DNA of 29,449 bases from Macrostomum lignano (lineage: Eukaryota): contig NIVC01004985.1 of NCBI GenBank assembly GCA_002269645.1, positions 1 through 29,449 on the forward strand, in the 5' to 3' direction. Below, piece by piece: positions 1 through 13,086 of this stretch. A model generated the notes under the pieces. That model did not search any database and was not told where the DNA came from. It saw nothing but the letters and a program-made list of their open reading frames with translations. The translations under genes were made by a program, and so were the position numbers. Position 1 is the stretch's first letter. The number at the start of each line of letters is the position of its first letter.

Positions 1-180
1 AAACTGCAGCTTTTAACGGCAGGTGGAGTGACTCTGTATAGAAGCGGTGAGGCGGAGATGGTCCCATTAGGCAAGGCTTGAGCTCACTGGAGAGGAATAG
101 TGTGCTCGACTGTCTCCACTGTTTCTTTGTTTGACTGCTTTCTGCTCTGCTGAACTTGAGCTGCTTTTGTTTAGCGACAA

Positions 181-648
<468 letters not shown>

Positions 649-664
649 ATACAGGCGTTTAAAG

Positions 665-770
665 ACAGGGTTTAGGGCCAGGTTTTTTATTGACAGGGAT
701 TTTAGGGCCAGGGGTGAAGGGCGAAGGGTTTAGGGACAGTGGTTTAGGGGGAGGTCGTAAGTGGCAAGGG
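665..770 (+). repeat. Degenerate G-rich GGGTTTAGGG-type repeats
   Basis: Several agggtttaggg / gggatttaggg / ggtttagggg units, including a duplicated acaggg..ttagggccagg. Confidence 0.45.
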
Positions 771-2604
771 TTTTAAGACTAGGATTAACGGGGCTAAATG
801 AAAGGAATTAAGAATTAGTGGGGTTTATGGAGTGGGGCGCAGACGGTATGAATATGAATTGCGGGGTTACGCGTCGTAGGGCTAGACTTTTATGTAATCC
901 ACTTGCGAGCTATCTTAACAATGACTTTCAATCTTCAACCGAAACCATTCGTTGGACTCTGGGAAATTGAGTTTCGAATGAGAATTCTTGACTTTAAACA
1001 CGTTTTCTCCATAGAGAAAGGCGTGTGAATGCAGCAGGAGTCTTTAGGAGATGCAGGAGATGCTAAAGCTTGCAAGCAGGAGAGTTCCGCTTCAAAAACT
1101 TTTTGCCGATCGGGTGAGGACCCCAAGGCACAATGCGCCTGGCAATGATCAACCAACCATGGTAGAAGGAAAGCAGTGGCACGCAGACAGAAACTAGTGA
1201 CCCACAGACAGCTGCTGCTTCAATACTGCACATCACGTCAAAGGAAACTCAACAAAATGCAGGCTGTGGTGTCTTGATAGACAAACACAGGAAAACGCGA
1301 GTAATTAGGCGGTTTTCCGCAGAAACGCGAGTAACTTAGGACAACCCGCGCTTATATTACACATCCAACCACGAATTATTACGCGATCGATAAATTTGGC
1401 AACAAAAAAATGTATTAATTGTCTGCATCACATTTACGGTGACGCCTACTTACAGTAGAGTAGTAAGAAAAATATCCCTTTTAGTTAGTTAGTAAAACGA
1501 CCCTTTTAAGGGCTCCTTGCCACGACACAACACAGGCAAGAAGAAATTCAAAGACAGCACCCATGATGAGGCCAAATACAGGGGGAAATATAGGGAAATA
1601 CTACACAAATTATCTGATTACATTCGTTACACTCGTCATATGAAACTGAGGAAGACAAATGTGGCAATAACTTTGGCAGTTTTTCTGAGGTAAATCTGCA
1701 AGGATGGATATTGAGCTAGGAAGTCCTTTATGTCTTTGTTTTTCCTAATTGGTAGACATTCACAACTCCAGCCCTCAGCCGTTTCTATGGCGTGTTATGT
1801 AGCTCTTTCACAGCAAGTGTGCGGACGGAAATTCTCACAATAGACAGAGCTTAAGGGGTTTGACGTAGACTTGACAATGCTTCTTGTGCATTCATACAGG
1901 TCTTCCAAACTGCATGTCTTCTTGGCTAGCTGGAAAGAGCCCTTCTCTTTTGACAACTTGATTGACTGACGCGTTGCCTGCTCTCCAATGGCAGAGATTG
2001 AACCTCCACAAAGCTTTTGCTTGGTTTTGATGCAGTGCCATTTCTACAACTGTTTGCCCTTTGACAGCAATATATACGCTGTAGGACTTGCCAGCATCTT
2101 TTGGTATTATCTCAGTTGGAAAACTGATTGCGCTTTCTAGCCATTTTGGTTTGGGCCATAGACTATGACTGCATAGAATGCAGTCATACTCGTATTTGCG
2201 AAGGGGGGTGCCTAAAACCATATTTGTTTTATGTAGCTTATTAGAATTTTCGTTCCAACGCGTGTTTAAAATAAAATGAGAGAGACAGTGTAGGCGCTCG
2301 CTTCACTTCTTCTCTCGCCCGCTTCTGCGGGCCCAAAGGCATGGCCATTGCCCGAAATATTTGTTCATGGCAATGACCTCCGGACAATGACCGGCCATTT
2401 TCTGGAGGTAAAATAACAAGACTGGACAACAATACCATAGGCGAAAAAAGTAACACGAAGCGTGAAATTCTTATATTTATTGAAGTCCAACAAAAAATGT
2501 TCCAACAATAACACTGCTTAGTCAATTGAGTGCAAGTCTAACCTATGGTCATGTTCTCATCACGACAGCAGGAGAAAGTCCAGAAAATACGACGGTTGAG
2601 TCCA

Positions 2605-4067
2605 TTACTCAAATTTGCAACCATTGAATGAACAGTTGTGGAAACTGTACCTGACCGACGGATTGTCATGACTGATGCCGGTGATCTGCACGGAAGACGA
2701 CACAGGTACTGGCACCGGTGAACTCTCACGCAATGGAGTCGCAACAGCTTGTGAAGAACCATTCAAATCAAGTGCCATAGAAACAGCCTCACTGGTAGAC
2801 TGCAGCGAGCGATCACGGCGCTTGGACAGGTAACGGCGAGTTGTCCTCTCAGAAACCTGACCGGTTATCGACATGATGTCAGCCAGGTTGTACCCAGCAG
2901 CCTCTAGATCAGCAATCCTGCTCACTCTACAACAGAAATAAAGTATTGCATAGAAAATATGCAACTGGTTTAAAGCAATATGAAGAAAAAGGCTTACCGA
3001 ATGCAATGATTCGTGTACATCTTGGACAAACCGGCCTTCTCGCTCAAGTTTCGCATGAAACGCAGGAAGTAGTTCTCCCCGCGATTCTGCTTTGTTGAGA
3101 ACATAGGCTGTCCATTGGAATCCGTGTTGGATAGTGGACGCGGGAACAGATGGTTGTCCTTGGTTGTTGGAGGTAGCAGTTGTACATGTAGATATCTCCT
3201 CACTTTGGCCGTGTCGTAGATCCGAGCTTGTTTGTTGTCCGGCCTGGCCTTCGCCTTCACAGGATCGGCTGACTTATTCTTCGTTGGCAGAGCAGGAAGA
3301 CAGTAGTACTCCTTGCCGTCAGAATCCGTGTGCAATTCAAGCGAGTCCCTTTGTCTCAGGAACTTCAGATGCTCCTGGCCACGCTCTCCAAAGGAGTAAA
3401 GAACATAGAACAGAAATTTAGCCTGCTCGATTTCAGCCGTAGTCCCTTCAAAGTAGCACCGCAACTTCTGCATGTCGCCTTCTTCAATTGGTTCATACTG
3501 CCTGGTGCAGCCACCATCTCGATGGAAATCACGAACCTTGACACGCAGCATCTCGTTGCAGGAATTGAATTCCTCACCACCGATTATATCGACAGGCAGC
3601 TTCAGAACCATGCGTAGGAAACGCTGAATTCCAGCCCGGATACAGATGAGAGAGGCCGGCGAGTAGAACGAGCCATCCTGTTTCTTCAGCTTGAAGTAGA
3701 AGTACCGAAGATATTGGTTCAATGTAGGATTGTTGACATGCTGAATGTTGCGCAGATTCTCCCCTTCCAGGAAGTCTCGAAAACGTTGGCCATGCTGGTA
3801 CATCTGCTTCCGAGTATCCTCAGGCAGACTCTCGATCTCGATTCTGTCCATCTCGGAAACGTCTATCTTTTCATCTCCATCGATCATTGGCAGCCCAGTA
3901 TCAGCTGGACCATTTTGGACATACTTCAGGAACGCATCGAAATCTTCGTCGTGCCGATCAACGGCAGAGGATTCCGAGAGGAAGTTCAGTTCATCCTGCG
4001 TGATGTTGCCGAGGTCCTCACACGGGAGGTTACCCCAATTAATATAATGTATTATCGGGTCGCTCAT
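2605..4067 (-). CDS. Crypton-type tyrosine recombinase (DUF3504-like); exons 4067-2998 and 2926-2605
   Basis: Motifs LRYFYFKLKKQDGSFYSPASLICIRAGIQRFL, GERGQEH, YTNHCIR. A 71-nt GT-AG intron (2997-2927) joins in frame to VSRIADLEAAGY..IMSITGQ..RRY, completing the YR catalytic set with Q in place of the second His. Confidence 0.85.
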
Positions 4068-4999
4068 GATGGACAGAAAACTCTTGAATCAACAGGTTTG
4101 GACAGACTACTTACTGCCTGGGAATCCCTCACACAAACCCCTTCACCCCCACTGAAAGTTTTGGTGGAAGACATTTCAACCCTCCATTCAATCAATAGGA
4201 TTGTCATTGCCATGAACTCTCCCCGCCTTTTGGCTTTCGTGCCATAGACGTTTGTGCCTCCTCCTTCTGGGCCACTTCGATTCGTGCCATAGATATTTCC
4301 TGCAATCCTGCAATGTTGCTAGCCGCTCGTGGCTTTGGCCGTTGCCTGGAGTTCTCTCTTCCAGTTAACCCCCCATTGCCTCGGCTGGGCTTCGCTGGAC
4401 TCGGCTCGGCTGGACCGCAGCAGCCTGGGCCCAGAAATACCGTGTTTCGAATTCAATTCTTTGTTATCCGACGTGAGCAGAAGTTGTAGGCAGGACGCAA
4501 AATGCTACCTGTTACAAAAACTACTTCTCCATGTCCACTTTTGCAAGCCCCAATAAAGAAATTGACTACAAAAAGCGATAATTACTCCACAGACAGGTGC
4601 TAAGCTTAGAACTATATATAAAATGATCAAATTATATCATCAAGGTCTGCCAAATTGAGGCTACGAGCGTATTTACTCGTAGAAAAGCACTGGCTCGTCG
4701 CAAGAGAAACGGTGGCGATTGAGCTGATTAAGAGAGATTTAAGGATGGCATTCGTTTCCAGGAAACTACTAGAGTAATGAAGTAAAATGCATCCTGAGTA
4801 ACTAACTTACTCGCTGAAATTTCTGCGTTCTAGTTAAAAAATAAACCAATCAGAAGTTTTCTGACTGAAAAAAGTTGCTTCCTGACCGTTCATAAAAACC
4901 TTAGAATTTCCTTCTAACCTGTTAAGACCCGGCGTATCTTAAAAGGTATTAACGTTTACCGAATTATTTGTTCATTAGAAGCAAAACAAATTAAGCCCA

Positions 5000-5752
5000 A
5001 TGCAGCTTTGTGTTTTTCTACTGCTGCTGTGGGTCCCTGCGGTGCTGTCCGAGTCCTGCAGCTCCGCCAGGCTGAAATTCCACCAAACCACCGGACTGGA
5101 CTGCGTGAGCTCCGACTTCACCAGCATCGTGTCCGGTCTGTGCACTCCGCTCGAATGCAGCCTCGTCTGCGCTAGGAAGGACAAGTGTCAGGCCTTCTCA
5201 GTGCTGACAGCTGGAGCCTGTCAGTGCAAGCTGTTCCTGTTCGATGCGTGCAGTCACCGTGTGCAGTCTGTGCCGAGCTGCACTCACCAGGTGACTGTGT
5301 ATGTGAGGTCTCTGCCCGGCGTACCTCCGGGTCGCCTGTGTCCGTCCGGATACGAGCACACGAGATACGGCACATCGTACAAGGTGGTCACGTCGGTGAC
5401 ACTCACCTGGAACAACGCCAACCTGACCTGCAGTGCGGATCCCGGACTGACCAAGTTCTCTGATGCGATCGACCTTGATGAGGCTCTGCACCTGAGGTCG
5501 CTGAAGCAGCTGATGGGCAGCTCGTCTGATTTTTTCCTTGGCGGATCTGGAACTTCGAATGCGCACTCTGACTGGTTCTGGGCCGCCTGCAACCTGCCCG
5601 TGAACGCCAGCGTATGGCACTCTGGAGAGCCGAACGGTCCTGCGTCATTGGAGTGCACAAATCTTTGGCATGGCCATTCAACTGGAGGCGTTGACGATGA
5701 CTCCTGCAGCAGTGCTCGCAAGTACATCTGCGAGTGCCAGTCCGTGTTCTGA
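5000..5752 (+). CDS. Secreted C-type lectin with an N-terminal Cys-rich (PAN/apple-like) domain
   Basis: Signal peptide MQLCVFLLLLWVPAVLS; CSLVCARKDKCQAF; CTLD motifs TWNNANLTC, WHSGEPNG, EC, DDDSC..KYICEC. Single exon; EPN motif is mannose-type. Confidence 0.9.
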   Translation: MQLCVFLLLLWVPAVLSESCSSARLKFHQTTGLDCVSSDFTSIVSGLCTPLECSLVCARKDKCQAFSVLTAGACQCKLFLFDACSHRVQSVPSCTHQVTVYVRSLPGVPPGRLCPSGYEHTRYGTSYKVVTSVTLTWNNANLTCSADPGLTKFSDAIDLDEALHLRSLKQLMGSSSDFFLGGSGTSNAHSDWFWAACNLPVNASVWHSGEPNGPASLECTNLWHGHSTGGVDDDSCSSARKYICECQSVF

Positions 5753-8700
5753 AGAGTCTAACATTGAAATTATGATCCAACAATGACGAAATCTTGCGTG
5801 TGTTAAAAACGGTTACAAAAAGTTTTTTTAATATCCTTACATTGCTATACGAAGTAGCTTATGATTTTCAACTTCATGAAACCTACATGTACCTGCTTGC
5901 GTTCAAAATTTATTTTCAGTTTTTCTCCAACCAAGTTTTTGAAAAGCAGCGAAAAAGCTTTATTTAGAAACTGCCTTAGCTTGTAATCCGTCTTTTTTCT
6001 TGATAATAAACAAACTAAATATGTAACCACTGTATCTCAACTAATTGTACGGCAGAAGTAGACATATTTTTTAGCCTAAAGTAACTTTCTGAATTTTCGA
6101 CGAAAATGTATTGCGTTGCCTTGGTTAGTCCTACCTTCATAGAACAATTACCCTTGCCTATTCTAGCTCTATGCAACGTTTGTCTTAACTTTTTAAATTC
6201 TCTTTCTTATAGCTACAGCCACTGCAGAGATGCTGCCTGCATAAAATGATATTAGATACTAGTAGAATCAATAATTACTCGCATACAAAAAGTTTATATT
6301 GCAAGAGAGAACTTATAATTCAAATACACTACGACCTGTCGAAGGAAACGAATTAATCGTTCTTCATTCTGCCCTCAGCTTGCAGTCACCCTAGCAACAC
6401 GGGAACTCTAATGGTAGTGTGCTTTCACGGCAGAAATTCTGCTTGCTCTTCTATGTGGCTGGAAATTTCCTCTGGGAAAAACCCGGCTGCTGGAGAATGA
6501 CATTGAAGAGACGTTCGCCACCTGTAGTAAAGATAAAGTTAGGGAAAAGATAAAATGGAGGATTTGAATAGGCCGGTGAGGCTGCGTTTCTGCCTCAGTC
6601 TGACTTTCTGTCTTCATGGGGTTACTCCCAAAGTCTGTGGGAAGGCGACTTTTGTCCTCAGATGTCTCTGCAATCAAGTGGAGTGCTCAGGCCTGCCGAC
6701 ACAATGCGATGGTTTGCTCTGGCCTTCTAAAGTTTCCTAAAATTTAACATCTGCGCCCTTGAGTTCTCATATTCTCTCACTCTCAAGTCTGTTTCTCTTC
6801 AAATATTTTTTTATTTTCATTTCTCGTTTAGGTAAATCTCTCTGCGATAACCGGAGTGCTGCAATGCCCAGGAATTTTCATTTTACATTATTGATTTATT
6901 TGCAAACCTGCCTAGCGATTAGAAAGTCGGGGCCGTTTACACCCTGTGTGCGTGCCTGTCTACAGTATTTGTGATTGTTCTCAGCCTCTCAGATCATTTC
7001 ATGACCTCTGAGGCTACTTTTAAGTTAAGGGAGTCGAAAATTTGCTGGCACGGTACATCATTGAATTGGATAATTCAGTTAGTTTAAAGTTTTTAAAAGG
7101 TTTCAAACTTGGTTAACTACTACTTGAAGTAGAAGAAGTAGAAGAAACTGGTTTTCGGACGATGTGTCTGAAGGCGTTGCAACAGGGTGCCTACAGTCCA
7201 CTTGCAAGTATCATTAGTACTGCTATTATTATTACTACTACCATTAGTGTTACTAGTATTACTTTTAGTCTAAAATAATCGTTTTGTCTCTCGTTCAATA
7301 TTTGAAGACTTGTCGATTTGTCAAGATATCCTTTCCACCAACATTTGTACCGGAAGCTTGCTTAAAAAGGTCAAAAAAACTTAACAGATCCTTCGTCGTG
7401 TATCTGACTTTGAGACAGACAGCAAGAAATACAGTAGGCAGCAGTGGAATTTCAGTTACTCTTAGCTACTCGTGTTTGGGCCTCAAGGTGTCGACCCACA
7501 CCTATCAGAGGCATAGAATAAAAATCAAAATTATATCTTTGACTCATAAATTTGCCACGATTATTCGAATCAGACGCTGGTGACATATCTATATGCTACT
7601 AATAGTATGAAAATCAAAATTGAACTTGACAAAAAAAGATATGGAAGCCTATATTTTAACCAAGGTAAGAGATTTTCCGAGGAAAATTAATTGCAACTGT
7701 TTTTACTGCAGAATAACAACTCATTCAAGCCCAACACGTCAAGGGAGAAATTTTTTGCATAGAACAAAGGTTTTTGCTGTCTGTTTGCTTTGCTTTTTGT
7801 GCCACACCAAATATCGAGAGAGCCCCTCAAGGAGCCCCTCGAGAGGGCCGACCCTTGGAGTCGACGACTGCACCACACGGTACAGTCGAGACCGCTTTCC
7901 CGTCTGTCCAACAGGACATGCTGATAGACCTGCCATTAGACCACTGAGGTCATTATTTTCGGCTGGGGGCCACGTATTCCGGCTATTCGTGACACATGGC
8001 AAGCGAACTTTTGCCCGATACCTGACAGCCCAACCTGGCGGCTAGCCAGAGTCCGGAACTGCTAGTAGGTTTGCCGGAAGTCCGGCGGCTGCTGCTGTTA
8101 GAATTCTCGTCGAGATTGGCCGATGATGCATCGATTTGGTTCGGCTACTATTGCAAGACGCCACTCGATGCCCCATCGCATATTCGCATTCAAGTACAAC
8201 TCACTGTACAGTACGGCACCCCTACTGACTGCAAGAACAGATCCATCAAGATCTCCAAGACAATCCTGCCTCAGTTTGATCTGCATGCATGAAAAGCAAA
8301 AAGCTGCTGCAAGCGCGGCGAATGTTTTGCATACGTTCATGTATTATATGCGCATGTATGGATAGCAATGCTCGACAAGTACAACTGCAAACTCATTCTT
8401 GGCCTACAGAAACTTCTTTCTACACCGAAAATTACACCGCAGGATAAGATTTAAGACTCTCTGTCGTGGTCGAGTTTAAAACCCGACTGCAGTCACTCAA
8501 TGATTTTTCCATTTTCTACACAATGGGTGGTTGTCTGAAATCTCAATTCCAGACGACATCATTGTCCAAATTGTCAGCTATGGGTTAGAAATCAAAGTGG
8601 GTGGGGGACGGAAATGAAGGTGTGGGGGCGAAGCCCCCACATCTTAATATCTGCCACGTCTATGGTAAAAGCCAAGGGTTAGAAAAAATCAGTTAGTTCA

Positions 8701-8824
8701 GTTCCAGACAACGGCAGAACACACGAAATCATAGCGAATGATATGTCTATGGTCAAGATGACGGAGTTTTAAAGAGTCTCTGTTCATAGGGCGAGTAGAA
8801 TCATTTTCATAGAGTCGCGATAGA

Positions 8825-9367
8825 ATGGAAGGCATTCATTTTCCAATCAATCTGACAATCTGCCTATCGACGAATTAGGCAATCAATGTCGACTCGTTCG
8901 AACTGAACTTTATTTCTGAGACTTCAAACATCGAACCACGCAACGACGACTTTGCCGCGTTCCTTGACTATACATTCAAAGTGATCGTTCTAACGATGAA
9001 CTGCCGTGCCTAGATGGCGAGCAACTTGATGTTAACGAGATGGATCGAGTAGAAATTGAAAGCCTACCTGCCGAAACGAGGAAGCAGATGTACATTCACG
9101 GTGAACGCTTCCTTAATTTCCTAGCGAGTGAGAAACTACGAGACGTTTCAGAAGTGCCGGCCGAAACCCTCAATCAGTACTTCAGGTACTTCTAATTTAA
9201 ATTGAAGCGGCAGGATGGAAAGTCATATTCCCTGCTCCTGGCTCGGATGCCACTGTCTCCATCCAATCGGGCCGCGCCTATGCTTTACCGGCTTCAATAG
9301 TCACGACAACCCTGTGGCTAAGTTCAGTTTCAATGGATGCAGCTTTAATCAATGCAAGTTCAACTAA
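8825..9367 (+). mobile_element. Internally deleted, decayed Crypton relative
   Basis: Translates to LPCLDGEQLDVNEMDRVEIESLPAETRKQMYIHGERF and TLNQYFRYF*FKLKRQDGKSYS, matching the N-terminus of the 2605-4067 protein. It jumps near 9230 to HDNPVAKFSFNGCSFNQCKFN*, matching that protein's C-terminus. Has stops and frameshifts. Confidence 0.8.
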
Positions 9368-9700
9368 ATTTTGTGAGACATTTGTGCGACGAATTAACTA
9401 TAGCTAAAAGTGTGCTTTTGATTGTTATATGTTAAGTTTAAAATATACGCGTTAACTTAAAAAATTATACCACTTCTAAAAATTCCAAACAATGACCGGT
9501 CATTGTATGAATGTCATTGCCTTGAACTAAATTACCATAGACATTTTGAACATTGCTATTGTTTAACTGTGACTTGATAAAAGCTGTCGAAAGAATCACA
9601 TATGCTGGTCTAGGGAGCGGAACAGAGAACCATCGACTTGACGCAAGCGTTAACGCGTAATTTTTAAGTTGCAACTCTAGATTCCTCTTTCCGCAACTAA

Positions 9701-12128
9701 TTAGTCCTCATTGATGCACTTCTGGCCATCTGTAACAAGTCCAATAGCGGCCAGTGCTATCACCAAAGACACGGTAATGCCAAAATAGAACGCAAACAGG
9801 CAGGTGTCAACGCCTGAAATTATGGTGCTCCATTGACAGCGCAGAGCGTTCTCGCAGGCGGTCTCAGACTCGTTGTCGGGCGACAAGCTCTGCCGGACTG
9901 AACCGTCGGCTTCCGGCTGCCGACGGCTCCGACGAGCGACGAACGAGTGAAAGAACAGCGTCCGGAGCAGACGTCCCGGGGGAGCGGCGCGGCAACACCG
10001 GCTGTGGCAGCTGAGAACGAAGGCGTTGCCCAAGACGACGGTCATTGTCATCACCACCGCCAGAGTGCAGTAGCAGGCTGGACCAGGAAATAGAAGAGAG
10101 TGGGCGAGTGCGTATGAGAAAAATTTGAAATCGAGTGGGTTAACGTCGAGAGGAAGTGGTACATACAAAGCCGTGGGTACAAGTAAAGGATGCCGGAGCT
10201 CGTGCTACATTGATAAGAAGAATAAACAACAAACTAGCTCGTACGAGGTCCGGCAAGTAAGTATGCAGTCATTCATTCACAAGGTCGTCTGGTATGCAGA
10301 TAGACTCGCATTAAAAAACAACTCAACAAAGAACGTGATAACCCAAGCCACTCTAAGTTTATAGCTAAATTTCTTTTGCGAATTTTAACTTGAGTAACTT
10401 TGCTGTTGTTACTCAAAAATCATTACAAATCATTTTCATCAACATAAACGTAAATCATAAACGAATAGATTTATATCGTTTTTTGTCGAGTGACACAACT
10501 CCTGTGCAATTAACTGCAGCAGATATCTGGATTTATGTCCACAGAACTCACTTAGCAGAGGGACGGATTCACTCTGCGTGGGCGTGTGCTCATTCACCAT
10601 CTGCAGGAACACGCACATGGACAGCACGATGGTGATGCTGAATGACATCCGCTCGCCGCAGTCCGGTGGCAGTCGGAAGGTGACGGTGGAGATGGCGAGC
10701 AGCAGGAGGCTGGGCAGGATTAGGTTTATCACGTAGAAAATGGGCCGTCTCTGAAAAAAAATATTGGAACGTGATGTTGCCTAAAAATTTTGCAAGCCAA
10801 TTAAATTTTTTAGATACAGACGCAATATTCTTACCTTGAAAGTGATGGCAAACTGCAGAATATCAAAGTAGTAGTCCACAGTCTTCCTGATTGTCGCTCC
10901 TGTAATGCAAAACTCGTCGTTGCGGGCCAGGTACTTCGTGATGGAGTCGTTCTCTAGGTAGGCTCCGATGTGCAAAGCCAGCACCTGCTTCGAATGAATG
11001 GCTGACGAGATGGGCACTACGCAGCGCTGCTTGTCATAGGGAAACTCGAACATGCTCATTGGGCACTTGCTGGTAATCACGTACTGGGAGGTGTACATTA
11101 CCGATCCCTGAGAGCTAACGTGAGCCATTGCGTTGCTAAATGACACCCGCTGTATGAACAAGCTGCAAGTTTTGGTTGGACAGTGTAACGTTGCAAGCAT
11201 CCCGAGGATTGCTTTTTTATTGCTCTTGAGTTTAGTAACGTCTATTAGAGCTTCCATTAACCATGCAGTTCAGACACACGATTTGCTTACTCTTAAAATG
11301 CTTCAGTAATGCCGCATCGTCAACTCGTTGAATCCGCAAGAAAAATGTTGTACAAAGTCCCAGTAATATTCTATAGAGGGCTTCTACTTACCAGTTAGAG
11401 GAATATACAAAAGCAAAGTGGGTATCCACATTGCAGACTGTACACTCGTATAAACAACCAATGGACTCATTGATTTTTTTTTCATTTATATTAATTAATA
11501 CACAAACGAGTATCTACCTAGTAGAACAGAGCAGCTAGTGAGAATCAAAATGGTAACGAACACATCCCGGTCTCACAGATCGATGAAAGACACATCCGGT
11601 AGCCACAGCAGCCTGGCCGGAAAGTAGACCGCCGTCTCGCTGTCCAAACTGTCGTTGAAGCGACCGTGCCAGGCAAGTCGGCGGTCTGTCCAGGACTGGA
11701 AAAAAGTTGATGACTTTTTACCTGTTGCTGATCCTGAAAAATCTGCAGAACATTAGAGAGTGATTCGCGGTCTCTAAATATGTCTTACCAGTGTAAGCCA
11801 CAGGAGTAGACTGACCTCCTGAGATGCGGAATTCTGAACAGCAGAAATAATGAATAATTAATGAGTAAATGCGAGGAACATTACGTACATAAATCAAGTT
11901 CATTAGTTGATATCGTCCAAAACTCACGACAGCCACCAGACTATTAAAGTTGGTGTGCACCCGGACCAGATTAGCCGTCCCATTATCCGGTGGCGGTCTC
12001 ACATCCGGGTTGTAGCCGTTGGCAGACTTTAACCGCAGTGCCGCGGCAATTCGTTCATCAGAGGAGACATCTGGCACCGTGGCGGTCGCGGTGGCAGCGC
12101 AGATCAAAATTAGGCCTAGTAGCAGCAT
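9701..12128 (-). CDS. Cys-loop ligand-gated ion channel subunit A (nAChR-like, non-alpha), apparently intact, ~422 aa
   Basis: Six exons with GT-AG introns in consistent phase: 12128-11928, 11833-11789, 11695-11577, 11162-10835, 10750-10552, 10077-9701. Signal peptide, WTDRRLAW, LWLPDV, Cys-loop CPMSMFEFPYDKQRC, M1-M2 FRLPPDCGERMSFSITIVLS, M3, M4. Confidence 0.88.
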
Positions 12129-13086
12129 GTGAGATCAGTAGCCCTGGTCGCACGGAATTGCTTAGAACTTCAGCTGAAGTCTTGTGGGTCTAACTGCATC
12201 TACCACTGGTCATGCAGGCCATCCTATATCCTTTTTAGTGGCAGTGCTTTCTGTTCGTCTATCCCTCAGAATCCACTCATCTCAGTCAGTTCCACATCCC
12301 TGGCCTCAGTGTTTACCCTTCTGCCCGGATCCGCTGGCCCGACCTTGCTTGGCAAAGCACTCTGTTTCATCAAATTTGGTCGTGCATGGCTCACTAAAGC
12401 TGCATATATGCATATCGTTATATAACATCACGTTTCTCCCTGGGCCACCCTTCCAATGTTCAGAATCGTACCTTTTCTGCACGTTAAATCGCCTGTCTCT
12501 GCAGATAGGAGTATCTGCTTTTTATGTGCCAATTTCTCTTCTTTGTTTTTCTCCTTGCTAGCTCCCAGAGAGTCTAAACGCATTCTACTCATTCTCTCTG
12601 ATTCAAGCCTTGTGGCCCGCTGTCAGAATCTTTTCATAATCCTATTCATATTTGAGCTTTCAGTCAATCGTTGATAGTTATTAACAAACAGAGATTCGCT
12701 GAGCAAACAAAATCTGTCCGCTTGCTCTGACACGAGCTTCATAGTCAGTTGGCTCAAAAACTTTCAATTAATAAAATCAGCATGACAGCTTTTTGCTGAT
12801 CCCAAAAAGGCATCAAAGTCAGTGAGTAATGCTCCTTTTGCGTCAAAGGTGATATATATTTATAGGACTTTCCTATTGTAGTTTAATTTGCAACGAGTAG
12901 CACTAGTAGTAGTTTGTGCAGCTGTTAAAAATATAGTATTCATTACGGTTTTCTACTATAAATAAATATTCCTTCTTCGGATATACTCTTCCGACTATCT
13001 AAAGTCCATCTGTAACTCGAAGTTGTCTCTGTTAATCCAAAATACTTCGTGGTCGTGACTGCCCAGTTCTTCACAACTCTTCATCT

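Noticed and set aside
665-770. True telomere or telomere-targeted element
   Set aside because: Repeats are few, degenerate and internal.
1892-2525. 109-aa and 94-aa minus-strand ORFs as genes
   Set aside because: No recognisable domain or supported splice structure.
3134-4247. Plus-strand ORFs opposite the Crypton gene, and overlapping ORFs around the lectin and receptor exons
   Set aside because: Shadow frames of GC-richer coding DNA with no independent motifs.
6400-8370. Short ORFs possibly from LINE or other TE remnants
   Set aside because: No reverse transcriptase, endonuclease or transposase motif could be recognised with confidence.
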